This document shows positions 8,571-18,852 of a stretch of DNA of 64,000 nt, in pieces. The position numbers and the translations under genes are program-made. Source of the DNA: an uncultured virus (IMG/VR IMGVR_UViG_3300031240_000226) (taxonomy: Duplodnaviria; Heunggongvirae; Uroviricota; Caudoviricetes); IMG/VR virus record IMGVR_UViG_3300031240_000226; one strand, written 5' to 3'. The number at the start of each line of letters is the position of its first letter. The stretch's first letter is position 1. Below the pieces are notes generated by a model. It was not told where the DNA came from, did not search any database, and was given only the letters and a program-made list of their open reading frames with translations.

Positions 8571-8809
8571 AGAAACCATCAGGCCAAGTTGACAAGTATC
8601 CATTCTTTACTAAAAAGAAGAAAAAATTCTCGATTCCTGTTTCGGATGATAATTTAAAGAAACTACAAATCGAGGCTTCTTTGAAGGGGCTATCAGTGGA
8701 AGAATTGATTGTTACATGGATAAAAGAACTTGTTGATTCGGTACATGGCTTAAAGGAGCGAGTCCATAAGGCGAAAATTAAAAGAAATATTGACAAAAAT
8801 CCCAACTGA
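8567..8809 (+). CDS. Putative ribbon-helix-helix protein
   Basis: FSIPVSDDNLKKLQIEASLKGLSVEELI. Confidence 0.6.
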   Translation: MKKPSGQVDKYPFFTKKKKKFSIPVSDDNLKKLQIEASLKGLSVEELIVTWIKELVDSVHGLKERVHKAKIKRNIDKNPN

Positions 8810-8811
8810 AT

Positions 8812-9207
8812 ATGCTAGTACAACTTGATTTAGATGAAAGACATTGCATTGCTTATGATATTATTGCCAGATCCCATCGGAAGTCGCGCCGGCAATATAT
8901 CACCGACATGCTGATTGAGGCCGCCGAAAAGGTGCCCGGGCTCATGGATAAAGTGAAAAGTGAGATGTATGGAGGGACTATCGATCAGTCTGTGGAAGTA
9001 TCATTTGGCACGCCAAAAAATGTACTCCTAGACAGTAAGCCTATCCGCAAGAAGAAGTACCGGTTCGTGAAGTTCACGGGTGAGGTCTTTGAGGGAGTTG
9101 GCGAAGTGGTCGGAGATGCGCTGCTGGCAGCGACGGGGCGGCGCTATACAGCTGAGGAATATGAGGAGGAGTTTAGGACACCTGAGTTCTTGGGGTATGA
9201 AGAATAG
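8812..9207 (+). CDS. Putative ribbon-helix-helix protein
   Basis: VQLDLDERH...IARSHRKSRRQYITDML. Confidence 0.45.
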   Translation: MLVQLDLDERHCIAYDIIARSHRKSRRQYITDMLIEAAEKVPGLMDKVKSEMYGGTIDQSVEVSFGTPKNVLLDSKPIRKKKYRFVKFTGEVFEGVGEVVGDALLAATGRRYTAEEYEEEFRTPEFLGYEE

Positions 9208-9466
9208 CAAGCGCGCGACGTTGAAGCTACTGAAGAAGGAGTTCAGGAAGCTATTTCCGGGCATGGCCGTGTATGTCCGTCGGAAGCCTGGCGAGTGGAA
9301 CTGGAGTGGCGTGCACCAAGAGTGGAGGTTTTACTTGGGACCTAAAGGATGGAGTAAGACCATGTGTGAGATGTTTGGATGTTGCGTGTGGTCAGTTGAC
9401 GCGAAGGGATTGCTGGAGACGGCGACGGAAGATCAGGAGAAGTTTATGGGGGCTCACTTTGTATGA
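9197..9466 (+). CDS. Hypothetical protein
   Basis: Likely start MKNSKRATL overlapping the previous stop. Confidence 0.55.
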   Translation: MKNSKRATLKLLKKEFRKLFPGMAVYVRRKPGEWNWSGVHQEWRFYLGPKGWSKTMCEMFGCCVWSVDAKGLLETATEDQEKFMGAHFV

Positions 9467-9666
9467 TGGTGTTACTGACGATAATGAATACGTTGGGGAT
9501 TGGGTATATGATCGTGAAGCCATGGCTTGACCGGCTGGAGGTGTATTTGTATGATGATCGCGTGGAGGTGACAAAGTGGGAACAACCAAAGGGGGTGACG
9601 CCGAATTTTGGGAGGGTATGGTTTACGATTAGGTGGTTATCATCGAGAACAAACAAAACAACTTAA
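9463..9666 (+). CDS. Hypothetical protein with N-terminal hydrophobic segment
   Basis: ATGA coupling to previous ORF. Confidence 0.5.
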   Translation: MMVLLTIMNTLGIGYMIVKPWLDRLEVYLYDDRVEVTKWEQPKGVTPNFGRVWFTIRWLSSRTNKTT

Positions 9667-9675
9667 AATAAATTT

Positions 9676-10031
9676 ATGAATCCAAAAATTGAAGAGATCG
9701 TCATCGATGGCAGAACTTATGTGCCTAAAGGAAGTGAGCAAACTTTCGCTGAAAAAGTTGATAACATGCCTTTTGTCCTTATCAGGGGATACGGATCAGG
9801 TGTGCAGTTTGGTTACTTGAAATCACGCAATGGCTGTGAAGTTGAATTAATCAATAGCCGTAGAATCTGGTCATGGAACGGGGCCACTGAAACCAATCAG
9901 ATAGACGTATCAGGTATTGATAATGGAAGTAGCAAAGTTACGGTAGTAGTGCCCCACAAAATTATTACCGATGCTATTGAGATAATGACTCTCACAAAAC
10001 AGGCTGCCGATAACCTTTCAAATACTTCGAT

Positions 10032-10044
<13 letters not shown>
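9676..10044 (+). CDS. DUF6948-like phage protein
   Basis: VLIRGYGSGVQFG...RRIWSWNGA; followed by a Gly-rich ORF as usual for this family. Confidence 0.7.
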
Positions 10045-10283
<239 letters not shown>

Positions 10284-10318
10284 ACCATCGAGAACAAAGA
10301 ACTGAAACAAAACTAAAT

Positions 10319-10462
10319 ATGACAAAGAAAGAAAGACAATCAGCCGGTGAGGAAGAACTCAAAAAGAATCCGGTTAATGAATTTACCTGTTGTGATAAAA
10401 CTATGGTTTATAATGACTTCGTGAAACACTTATCCGAAGTCCATAAACTTGAATCTAAATAA
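10319..10462 (+). CDS. Small protein with C2H2-like motif (47 aa)
   Basis: MTKKERQSAGEEELKKNPVNEFTCCDKTMVYNDFVKHLSEVHKLESK. Confidence 0.5.
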   Translation: MTKKERQSAGEEELKKNPVNEFTCCDKTMVYNDFVKHLSEVHKLESK

Positions 10463-10470
10463 TAAATGCC

Positions 10471-11010
10471 ATGAAAAATAAAGGACTGTTTGGAAAGTAC
10501 ATTATTCAAAAATCTGATGGTTCACCAGTTGATGAAGGCGCAGAATATTTTGTGCTTAGATTAAATGGTGATGGCGATTTAAAGCACATCGAGGCTTGCA
10601 AGAAAGCAATACTTGTTTATGCGGAAGAAATTAAAGATCATCTTCCTTTGCTTTCAAAAGACCTACTTACCAAGTATAGATTTTCCTCAAAGGAACAAGG
10701 GGAGAAAGAACCTAACATTTTAGGATTAGATAACGCTTGGCCTTTAAAAAACGTATTGGAAAAACTAATAGAGGCGACAAACATACTTCTGCACAATAAA
10801 AGTTATGACGGTCAAGGATACGAAGAAATGCAAATTTGTGTAAGTCGTGCAAAAGAAATTATCGGGGAACTCTCCACCAAGTCAGCAAGTGGAGAACCAC
10901 AAGAGCAAATTATTAGTGATTTGATAAAAGAATGGTCAAGTACTTTTGGAGGTTGGAGTGGAGGGGTTGAAGCAGTTAAATCAAAATATATCATCACCCG
11001 TAAACAATAA
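10471..11010 (+). CDS. Hypothetical phage protein
   Basis: GLFGKYIIQKSDG...AEYFVLRL N-terminus common in phages. Confidence 0.65.
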   Translation: MKNKGLFGKYIIQKSDGSPVDEGAEYFVLRLNGDGDLKHIEACKKAILVYAEEIKDHLPLLSKDLLTKYRFSSKEQGEKEPNILGLDNAWPLKNVLEKLIEATNILLHNKSYDGQGYEEMQICVSRAKEIIGELSTKSASGEPQEQIISDLIKEWSSTFGGWSGGVEAVKSKYIITRKQ

Positions 11011-11015
11011 ACCCT

Positions 11016-11540
11016 ATGACAGAAGAACAAAAGGAGATTGATGACTTAGGAGCTTTTCAAAAACTGAAAGATATGATGATTTCTACCTTCAGGAAATATG
11101 GAGAAAAACGGGTAATGGTATCTGGTCATAAAACATGGGACGGGAATCAATTAGCTGATGCTGTTGCTAATAACTATCCAGAAGGTCTTGATAGGCTTAA
11201 ATCAATAATGAATCTTTCTGTGAACCTTTTAAGCAGAGATAAAATAAACTATACCCCACAAGTTGAAGCCCTCACCGCCAAGCTAAAGAACGCTGAGGAT
11301 AGGGTGAGACAACTTGAAATAGGTATGCACACAATTACAAATCTATGCGATAATCAAAATCCATCTCACGAAGAAATATGGAGATTAACTTACGGATTCA
11401 AGGAGTTAGAGGAACTTGAGGGAGTAGAGAACCAAGAGGAGTTGTGGAGAGAAGTAAATAAAGTTTTTATAAAGGATACTGTATTTTTTATTGATAAACT
11501 CGAACAATTAAAATCGAAGTTTAGGATTGTCAGAAAGTAA
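11016..11540 (+). CDS. Hypothetical protein
   Basis: ORF in operon. Confidence 0.6.
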   Translation: MTEEQKEIDDLGAFQKLKDMMISTFRKYGEKRVMVSGHKTWDGNQLADAVANNYPEGLDRLKSIMNLSVNLLSRDKINYTPQVEALTAKLKNAEDRVRQLEIGMHTITNLCDNQNPSHEEIWRLTYGFKELEELEGVENQEELWREVNKVFIKDTVFFIDKLEQLKSKFRIVRK

Positions 11541-11558
11541 ACCATAAATATCATTAAC

Positions 11559-12998
11559 TCAAAACGGTAAATCCAGATCGCTTACAACCGGCTCTGATGC
11601 ATCCATCATTGGAACCTGAGCACCATTAGTAAGCATCTTCTTAATACACCAGAATCCTTTCACAGGATTCCCATTCACTGAACGAGTCTCGGAATCGAAT
11701 CCTAATTGGAGCATTGCTGTTTGCACGTTGAAGGCATGAATCTGAATCTTGTGCTGAGTGGCGGCTTGGAGATATTGTACGATGTCGATGATCATATTGA
11801 ATTCACCCGAGACAGAGTTGGCTTTTACTTTTGTGAGGTATTTTATGATCAGCTGCTTCTCATTACCCATCGACTCGAAGGAGTGATTCATTGAATCGCG
11901 CTTCTTAGCTTCATCAGAGTCTAGGCGATAATCAAATCCAGTTGTGTAAAGGTGCCAGGCTTGATCCCAAACTTTGTTGATGTCGATGTTCTTTTTGCCG
12001 GTAACAGCATTATTGTAATCCCAATTGATTGTATTGACACGGAAGCATAACCAACGCGTATTTTGGATGTCATTAAGGAATTGTTCCTTGTTGGTTGATC
12101 CCCAAAAGTTAACAATTCGTGGGCGAGTCTCTTCCTGGCGCGCGTAAGCTCTTCTTTGCTTAGAAACGTTGCGAGAAATGAAAGATTTGAGAGAATTTAT
12201 TTCTTTCCGGTCCAACGCCTCAAGCTCCTCCATGTTCCACATGAAATTTTCGGTAAGGGATATCTCAGAATCCTTGTTGGCGGTGACCGGATCCTCTTTG
12301 TAATATTCTTTTAACTCTGGAGGACATAGGAAGCGTATGAAATTGCTCTTGCCAGCCTCTTGTTTTGGCTGTACAAGCACCATTACGATCCTATTTTCGA
12401 TTAAATCGACTGAGCACGCAATCATTCGCACGAGAGATTTCTTGAATTGCTCTTCCCAGAAGGCTTGATCAGTGGTTTGAATGTGAGTAGCCAATGCTCC
12501 GATGTGATCGACGTTATCCCAGGCTTTGCGCTTGTGAAAATAATCTTTGATGGGGTTGTATTCTTCGACGTAATTCGATTCCAGTAAATTTTGCACGTCG
12601 CCGATAGGCACTTTGGCCTTACCGCCGAAATCTTTTAGGTTGTGCTGCAATAAACGCCAGATATTGTTGAACTGGCAGGGCTCGTATATATCATGGCTAC
12701 CGATTGGGCGATACATCACCCGTTTGGTGATCGCATTTCGGCGGAATTGATACCGATCAGATAAAAATGCCTCCACTTTCTTGAGAGGACTGCCGTGGAC
12801 AGCATCAAATTCGTCATCAAATTTATTGTAGAAGGCCACACCGATCTCATGCATGTTATCGGGAGGGATCAAGAACCGCCCTGCCATCTCAGTGATTACT
12901 TTACCTTCCCATGGGAGGCCCTGGCGTATGCGCTTACGAATGAGTTGGAGCATTTCCTCCTTGTCATCGGGCCGTATATCATTGAAGAAATCGTTCAT
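11559..12998 (-). CDS. VapE/VirE-family P-loop ATPase (primase-associated helicase-like)
   Basis: NPIKDYF, QEAGKS Walker A variant, NMEEL Walker B, RRAYAR, FWGSTN, RWL. Confidence 0.85.
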   Translation of the reverse strand: MNDFFNDIRPDDKEEMLQLIRKRIRQGLPWEGKVITEMAGRFLIPPDNMHEIGVAFYNKFDDEFDAVHGSPLKKVEAFLSDRYQFRRNAITKRVMYRPIGSHDIYEPCQFNNIWRLLQHNLKDFGGKAKVPIGDVQNLLESNYVEEYNPIKDYFHKRKAWDNVDHIGALATHIQTTDQAFWEEQFKKSLVRMIACSVDLIENRIVMVLVQPKQEAGKSNFIRFLCPPELKEYYKEDPVTANKDSEISLTENFMWNMEELEALDRKEINSLKSFISRNVSKQRRAYARQEETRPRIVNFWGSTNKEQFLNDIQNTRWLCFRVNTINWDYNNAVTGKKNIDINKVWDQAWHLYTTGFDYRLDSDEAKKRDSMNHSFESMGNEKQLIIKYLTKVKANSVSGEFNMIIDIVQYLQAATQHKIQIHAFNVQTAMLQLGFDSETRSVNGNPVKGFWCIKKMLTNGAQVPMMDASEPVVSDLDLPF

Positions 12999-13065
12999 AA
13001 CAATGATTGCGTTTTTGTGAAACGATGATCCTCGTCATGGAATTGGGCAAATTTTTTTGAGATTA

Positions 13066-13401
13066 TCATTTTACAATCACCGGTTGTTCAAGTTCCTTCT
13101 TTGTCGGCAGTGATGATTTGCTTATGAACTCAGTGGCGTGCGCCGGGAAGCGTTTGAACATCTCATTGTAAATGGTTTTAAGTTCGGTTTCGAGAATTTT
13201 GGCTTTGATGTGTTCCTGGATGCTCAGGAGATTGGCGCCATGAATATCGAGATCAGCTTTTTCGATAATGGACTTGCACGCATCGTAGAAGGCTTCTAAA
13301 ATTTGGAATTCGCGCTGATCCGTGGCCTTTGACTTGTAGGCCATGAGTTTGAGGAAGTCATAGGAAATGAGCATGAAGTCCTTTGTGTGAGAAATCTGCA
13401 T
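13066..13401 (-). CDS. Hypothetical protein
   Basis: ORF with CCGACAAA leader. Confidence 0.65.
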   Translation of the reverse strand: MQISHTKDFMLISYDFLKLMAYKSKATDQREFQILEAFYDACKSIIEKADLDIHGANLLSIQEHIKAKILETELKTIYNEMFKRFPAHATEFISKSSLPTKKELEQPVIVK

Positions 13402-13425
13402 TTTTTGTCGGGTCGGGGTATGAAC

Positions 13426-13794
13426 TTAGTGAACTGCCGCCTGCAAGGCAAGCGGATTTAACAAAAAATTATCCAATCGCTTAATGAAGGTCGAGGGAGG
13501 CCATTCGAGGATTATTTTCTTACCGGCTTCGAGAATAAAGGCGCCATTAGTGAAGGTGACTACGCCAACAAAGTCGTCTTTGGCTAGGAGTACCACATCT
13601 TGTTCAAATAATTCTTCACCTTGCGCGTCTTTGATGCCTGAACTTCTCAGGATTGCGATATCCGCTGGCTTGTAATATCGATCGTAGTGAGTACCATAGA
13701 CTTTAATCATTCCGTCTTTGGTTAACTCATATCCATTGATGATTAGGATACGTTTTTGTGCGCGGTCGAAGGCGCGTAGGGTGAGTGGTTGCAT
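13426..13794 (-). CDS. YopX family protein
   Basis: LRAFD...SGIKDAQGEELFEQDVV. Confidence 0.75.
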   Translation of the reverse strand: MQPLTLRAFDRAQKRILIINGYELTKDGMIKVYGTHYDRYYKPADIAILRSSGIKDAQGEELFEQDVVLLAKDDFVGVVTFTNGAFILEAGKKIILEWPPSTFIKRLDNFLLNPLALQAAVH

Positions 13795-13795
13795 G

Positions 13796-14284
13796 TTAAA
13801 GTTTTATAAATTTTCCTTTAAGACTGGATTGTCTTAAAATTTCACTATTGATAATATCATAAGCAATTAAAACAGAATCAGCACCACAATTATGTGCGGC
13901 TCTTGTTCCATCGACGTGATGGAAGTGAATCCTACCTTTTAAAAATAAAATTAATGTTGCCTTATCAAAAACAGTTAGTTGAAAATTAGGGGTTCCTGTC
14001 CTGGCAAAAATTAAAGCAATACCATTTTTATGAATTGCTAATTTTTCAAGCCAATTCCACACATATTTTCCGTAGGGAGGGTTCAGCCAAACCCTGCCAT
14101 TCCAGATCTTACTTAATCCATCATCTTTAATTGTGAAATGATGCTTTGCTGTAGGCCACGGACGGTCTATTGGAGCACACGGATCTAAGTCAAATTCTCC
14201 AAGCGATTTTACTATTGAAGGAGGAGTAAGCCATTCGTCCTTTCCCATCACTTGTGTTTGCGCATATCCAAACCCGTTGATCAT
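13796..14284 (-). CDS. Phage DNA N6-adenine methyltransferase (Dam-like)
   Basis: DEWLTP, FDLDPCA, DGL, WLNPPY, FART, KGRIHF. Confidence 0.88.
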   Translation of the reverse strand: MINGFGYAQTQVMGKDEWLTPPSIVKSLGEFDLDPCAPIDRPWPTAKHHFTIKDDGLSKIWNGRVWLNPPYGKYVWNWLEKLAIHKNGIALIFARTGTPNFQLTVFDKATLILFLKGRIHFHHVDGTRAAHNCGADSVLIAYDIINSEILRQSSLKGKFIKL

Positions 14285-14445
14285 TTCTTCCTATGTTTAC
14301 CTTTCACTCGTAACTCTTTTACTTCTCTATCTAGCGATGAACCTTTGGGCACCGCTATCTCCAGCACTTTCAATCCACAGCGGCAGCGTCGAAGCATCCC
14401 TTGTTTGGTCTGCTTGAACTTCCACTTGTGTTGATGCACTCTCAT
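14281..14445 (-). CDS. Small basic protein (54 aa)
   Basis: MRVHQHKWKFKQ...RRCRCG...; ATGA overlaps on both sides. Confidence 0.55.
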   Translation of the reverse strand: MRVHQHKWKFKQTKQGMLRRCRCGLKVLEIAVPKGSSLDREVKELRVKGKHRKK

Positions 14446-14672
14446 ATCTCCTTACGAAGTTCCCCGGACAAGCGAAGGATGCCGTGGTCGATGATGGTGA
14501 TCAGCATTTGCTTGGCTTCCTCTGCTTCATCATCATCGAAATAGATTTCATACTCATTCATCAAAAGAGTTGTCTTACCATCAGGAGTAACTAATGTCTC
14601 CAATAGTTTCTTTCGTTCTTTCAGGTATTCAATCTCCTTAGCGAGGTCGGATAATTTCGTTTCGTTTGGCAT
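14442..14672 (-). CDS. Hypothetical protein
   Basis: ORF in operon. Confidence 0.6.
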   Translation of the reverse strand: MPNETKLSDLAKEIEYLKERKKLLETLVTPDGKTTLLMNEYEIYFDDDEAEEAKQMLITIIDHGILRLSGELRKEI

Positions 14673-14673
14673 G

Positions 14674-15141
14674 TTAATAATTTTCTAGTTTAGTAATAGT
14701 AAGCCCTTGCCACATGATCGCCATTGGATGTAGCGGCGACTTATCAATATTTTTTCCAAAGCATTTCGCGCTGGGGAACATTTCAGAAACTTTCTTCGCC
14801 CGATAACTGATATTCTTAAAAGCTCCCCAACAGAAAATAACCTCCTGGCATCCGAAGGCAGTCGTTTGAAGCCACTCATCATTCAAGCCTTGTGGATTCG
14901 AAACTTCAAATAACTTCGATGGCTCCGAAGAGATGTAGGCATATAAATTTACCATCCGTAGTCCGCCGAATCCTAACGCTTTCAAAGTTCTGATCAATAT
15001 TCCAATTGTCGGATCATCCTTCACGGCATTCGCTTTCGATGGGTTCAAGCCGATGCACATCGCGATCTTACCTTCATCCCAATCGCGGGACAAAAGATAA
15101 CGGTATTTACCGCACTCAGAGAAGATGGCATTTTTCAGCAT
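14674..15141 (-). CDS. DUF1643 family protein
   Basis: FSECGKYRYLLSRDW, IGLNPS, DDPT, VNLYA, CWG, PLHP. Confidence 0.88.
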   Translation of the reverse strand: MLKNAIFSECGKYRYLLSRDWDEGKIAMCIGLNPSKANAVKDDPTIGILIRTLKALGFGGLRMVNLYAYISSEPSKLFEVSNPQGLNDEWLQTTAFGCQEVIFCWGAFKNISYRAKKVSEMFPSAKCFGKNIDKSPLHPMAIMWQGLTITKLENY

Positions 15142-15162
15142 GCAAATTTATTAGTACATTTG
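15140..15162. promoter_or_regulatory. Operator-like palindrome plus -7 element
   Basis: ATGCAAAT-TT-ATTAGTAC overlapping TACATTTG, 7 nt before ATG 15170. Confidence 0.5.
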
Positions 15163-15169
15163 AGACATC

Positions 15170-15400
15170 ATGGAAAGTAAATTTAAAATTTTAGAGACAT
15201 TCAATCTGATGAAGTTGGCGGAAATTTCTAACGTACCTTATCATAAATTGTACTACAGAAAGACCGGCCAGACGAAAGAAAATCTCACCCCGGAAGATGC
15301 CACCAAGATCGCCAACGGAATCAAAAAAGGTCTTGATCCGCTGTTCGAAAAATTGGGCTTCTCAATCAAGGTTAGCCGAGTAAGCTCTCCTCGTCCTTGA
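15170..15400 (+). CDS. Small HTH (Cro/XRE-like) regulator
   Basis: NLMKLAEISNVPYHKLY...G...LTPEDATKIA. Confidence 0.6.
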   Translation: MESKFKILETFNLMKLAEISNVPYHKLYYRKTGQTKENLTPEDATKIANGIKKGLDPLFEKLGFSIKVSRVSSPRP

Positions 15401-15827
15401 ATAAAGGCGAACCATACTTTTCCATTTGGAAAGGGTTCATCTTGTAGTCGTACTGTTCCCAGTGACCCGATTCTATATCAAAGAAACAAATCTTACTAGT
15501 CGCTCCATGAGGGATGCCATAGAGTTGTGTGGGAATCACACGGTATCCAATCTCAATTTGACCATCAGCAAATTCGCGATTGGCTTTTAAAACTTTCAAC
15601 CCTTTCGTTTCAGGGACCGTAAAATCTCGTGGTTCTAAATTGCCCTCATTAACACATTGCTTAAATGAGTCAAGCAAATCTGTGAGTCGATCGATGGCTC
15701 TACTTGCCAATGATGATTCATGTTCGAAAGCGGCAATTTCTTCAGCCGTGTATTCAACGTGCTCCTCGTGACTCTTTTGTTCTATCGAATTTTCTGTAAT
15801 CCATTGCGCAAGGTTTTCCTTGGTCAT
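15372..15827 (-). CDS. Hypothetical protein
   Basis: Likely start MTKENLAQW. Confidence 0.6.
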   Translation of the reverse strand: MTKENLAQWITENSIEQKSHEEHVEYTAEEIAAFEHESSLASRAIDRLTDLLDSFKQCVNEGNLEPRDFTVPETKGLKVLKANREFADGQIEIGYRVIPTQLYGIPHGATSKICFFDIESGHWEQYDYKMNPFQMEKYGSPLFKDEESLLG

Positions 15828-15933
15828 GGTCTTTGTTGGTAATGCCAGGTGCATAATTTTATGGGTTAGTTGAAAGAATCTGTGTTTAAGTAGGACAAAT
15901 GTTAGGAGAAAATAAATACGAAACAATTTTTTT

Positions 15934-15959
15934 ATACAAATTTATTTGTATTACATTTG
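15934..15959 (+). promoter_or_regulatory. Operator-like palindrome directly followed by -7 element of the recT operon promoter
   Basis: ATACAAAT-TT-ATTTGTAT (15934-15951) then TACATTTG (15952-15959). Confidence 0.6.
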
Positions 15960-15982
15960 AGTCATCAAAACGAAAACAACCA

Positions 15983-16846
15983 ATGTCAAGCCTTAAAAAA
16001 ATGGATTTGGCGCTTACTCAAGCGTCCTCAGTTAAAGCCGCAATACAACTTCCTTTCGTTAAGGAATTAGTAACGAAGAACTACATGGCTATCACCGGAA
16101 GAAAAGATGGCAACAATTATTTCGCTTCTCAGGTGTTTGAATTTTTGAGCATCGCGGCAGAGAAGCCTGACTGGAAAGATTGTGATCGCTTTAGTATCAT
16201 GGGAGCGATGGTGAAGACTGCGGCCTGGGGATTTTCTTTCCAAGATGGATTTGTTGACCTGATCAAATACGGAAAGACCTTGAAGGCATCTCTTAATTAT
16301 AAAGGACATCGGGAGCAGCTGAGACAGATGCCGACTATCGATTCAGTGAGCGAAGCAATCTTGGTTTTGAAGGGAGAGACGTTTGAATGGGACAAAGCCA
16401 ATAACCATGTGATCAAACATGTCGGTGGCGAGGAAGATCCAAGTTTGAAACTGGACAACATTCGGTATTCCTATGTGCGTATCAAGTTCAAAGACAAAAC
16501 GCATGTTGACGTAGTTGTAACTAATGAAGAGTTGCGCAAAGCCAAGTCTAAGAGCAAAATGAAAGGAGAAGGTTCTGTGTGGGAAGAATGGGTTGGCGAG
16601 ATGAGCAAAAAAGTAGCAATTCATCGTGCTCATAAGAATTACTATCGCAAGCCCGAAGTGTCTCCTGAACTTGAACTTGGCGACTTCGGCAAAGACGACG
16701 AAGACACAACCGATGTGCCTTATACTGAAGAGCAGCCAAAGCAGGTAGAAGAATCGAAGGAAGAGCCAGTGCCGGTTGTAACGACTGCAAAAGTTGTAAG
16801 CCAGAAGAAGGATGCTATTGACGACTTTTTGAGTGATAAGAGGTAA
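15983..16846 (+). CDS. recT: RecT-family single-strand annealing protein
   Basis: LIKYG...LNYKG, V..GETFE, SVWEEWVGEMSKKVAIHRA; acidic tail. Confidence 0.8.
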   Translation: MSSLKKMDLALTQASSVKAAIQLPFVKELVTKNYMAITGRKDGNNYFASQVFEFLSIAAEKPDWKDCDRFSIMGAMVKTAAWGFSFQDGFVDLIKYGKTLKASLNYKGHREQLRQMPTIDSVSEAILVLKGETFEWDKANNHVIKHVGGEEDPSLKLDNIRYSYVRIKFKDKTHVDVVVTNEELRKAKSKSKMKGEGSVWEEWVGEMSKKVAIHRAHKNYYRKPEVSPELELGDFGKDDEDTTDVPYTEEQPKQVEESKEEPVPVVTTAKVVSQKKDAIDDFLSDKR

Positions 16847-17067
16847 TGTTGATGATCAATGTTTACGACCTCGAACCAGGTCCGTATGTTGATGACAAAG
16901 GGCATCATGTTGTGGTACTTGACATTGTTGATCATGCGTGGAATAGCGATCAACAACTACTTGAGTTTTTACAGTCGCCTCTGGTTGTTGGTCGCGACCT
17001 CATAGGCGGAGAGAAAAGGTACTTATGGCCGTTGGAAGTGTTTAAAGAAAAATTTAGAAAGAAATGA
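16846..17067 (+). CDS. Hypothetical protein
   Basis: Coupled to recT. Confidence 0.6.
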   Translation: MLMINVYDLEPGPYVDDKGHHVVVLDIVDHAWNSDQQLLEFLQSPLVVGRDLIGGEKRYLWPLEVFKEKFRKK

Positions 17068-17209
17068 TGCAGAAGATTAAGTGTCTTTTAGGATATCATG
17101 AAGAAGTTCATAAAATAAAAGAATTGATGTTTAATTATTCGCACACATTTGAATGTAAACATTGCGGTAAAATATTTTCACATTTTTGTATAGCTAAAGA
17201 AAATCCTGT

Positions 17210-18382
17210 ATGTCTGATAACTTATCCGTAAAACAAATCACCTCTGTTGCTCAGATCATCGAGAAGAATATTGCCACTCTCGAACGAGGTAGCGCACTTG
17301 CAGTAGAAAATCTGAAGGAAGTCCAGACAATGGAGATCACCGAAGAGAACAAGCAAGATGCCATTGATATCCTAGCCAAGTGTAAAGCCATTTTCGATAA
17401 AGTGCAGACCTTACGCAAGGAGGCAACCGTACCAATCGATGAAATCAAATCATGGCTGATGTCTTTTGAACGTCCCATTGACCCAGACGGCAAGGATAAT
17501 GAGTACTCGCGTGCCAAGGCCAACGTGAACGCCTACGATCAGAAGGTGCTCGATGCTAAAAAGAAAGCCGAACTGGAAGCGGAAATGGTTCGGAAGGTGA
17601 ATGTGTATAAGGCAGAACTGAAAGCTGCCGTAGGCCGCAGCCTTACTGAGATGATCGCAGGGCAGAAGAAGAACGCCATTCAGAAGATGGCAGCATGGGA
17701 GCAGAAGGTCACGCTAGAGAACTACACTGACATGGTTGACAAGATCAGCAATCCTAAGCCGGTATTGCTCGATCAAGTTGCCTATGACAAATGCTTCCAT
17801 GACAACTTCAAGAAGTCGTATCTGCTCAATGATGAGTTGACAAAGGAATACATCGAATCGCTGAAGAAGGATTATCCCTATGATCCCTTTAATAAGGACT
17901 ATCAGGCGATTGTGGCGGAGATATTTAATTCTTATCGCGAAGCTATGCCGTCCATCAAGGTCAAACTTGAGGAGATCAAAGGCAACGCAGAGAAAGCCGC
18001 TGCCAGGCAGAAGCAACTCGAAGAAGAAGCACTGAAGCAGACGCAAGAAGTTGATAAGCAGGCATCGGAAGCGATAAAGGATATCGAGAGCCAGAAGGAC
18101 ATGGCAACAATAGAAGCTGAATTCATTCGCCAGGGTACACTTGCAGATGTTGAGGCTGGGCCGTCGAAGAAAAAGGCATCCTTCGAGAACGATGCAATGT
18201 GGCTCGTACCGCTGCAACAAGTAATCGCGCATGTGGCGACAAATGGAGTCAACATTAAGAACGCAAAGGGAGAATATATTCCGGCGGTTCAATTTTGGTT
18301 GACGAAGTTTGAGTCGCTGGGGAAGGAAGTTAAGGGCGTGAAAATGGATGAGATAGCAAAGACGATAGTTAAGGGAAAATAA
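17210..18382 (+). CDS. Coiled-coil hypothetical protein in the recombination module
   Basis: Lys/Glu-rich helical sequence, RKEATVPIDEIK. Confidence 0.7.
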   Translation: MSDNLSVKQITSVAQIIEKNIATLERGSALAVENLKEVQTMEITEENKQDAIDILAKCKAIFDKVQTLRKEATVPIDEIKSWLMSFERPIDPDGKDNEYSRAKANVNAYDQKVLDAKKKAELEAEMVRKVNVYKAELKAAVGRSLTEMIAGQKKNAIQKMAAWEQKVTLENYTDMVDKISNPKPVLLDQVAYDKCFHDNFKKSYLLNDELTKEYIESLKKDYPYDPFNKDYQAIVAEIFNSYREAMPSIKVKLEEIKGNAEKAAARQKQLEEEALKQTQEVDKQASEAIKDIESQKDMATIEAEFIRQGTLADVEAGPSKKKASFENDAMWLVPLQQVIAHVATNGVNIKNAKGEYIPAVQFWLTKFESLGKEVKGVKMDEIAKTIVKGK

Positions 18383-18384
18383 TT

Positions 18385-18852
18385 ATGAATGAAATAGAAA
18401 AATTTGATCCTTCTACCCTTATGCAGGGTGTAAAAGATCGTATCAAAGCAACATTTGTTAGTTTAATTCCTGACGCTCAATGGGAAACTATGGTACAAAA
18501 AGAGATTGACACTTTTTTCAATGAAGCACAAATAATTTCCATGACTAAAAAGAAAGACCCAAAATCTGATTATTGGGCTGGAGAATTGTATCAACATACT
18601 GAATTACAACAGACTCCATTTCGTTCATTAATCTATGAACTGTGTGTTGATAAAACAGTTGCTACATTAAAGAAAAAATTGACTGATGAGTGGTTTACTA
18701 ATAACTGGCCAATCACAGAAGAAAATATGACTGATAGAATGAAAGAAGTTGTCCAAGAAGCAGCACCGGCAGCTATGCTTAAATTTTTCCAATCTATTTC
18801 TTTTATGTATGTCAATCAATTAAGAAATGACATTCAGCAACATCGCGTTTAA
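18385..18852 (+). CDS. Hypothetical protein
   Basis: ORF in operon. Confidence 0.65.
   Translation: MNEIEKFDPSTLMQGVKDRIKATFVSLIPDAQWETMVQKEIDTFFNEAQIISMTKKKDPKSDYWAGELYQHTELQQTPFRSLIYELCVDKTVATLKKKLTDEWFTNNWPITEENMTDRMKEVVQEAAPAAMLKFFQSISFMYVNQLRNDIQQHRV

Noticed and set aside
8789..8817. Sigma70-type TTGACA...TATGCT promoter
   Set aside because: Spacer only about 15 nt, inside coding sequence, and the host appears to use Bacteroidota-type promoters
11559..15930. Invertible segment flipped by the serine recombinase
   Set aside because: Block is oppositely oriented, but I found no flanking inverted repeats by eye
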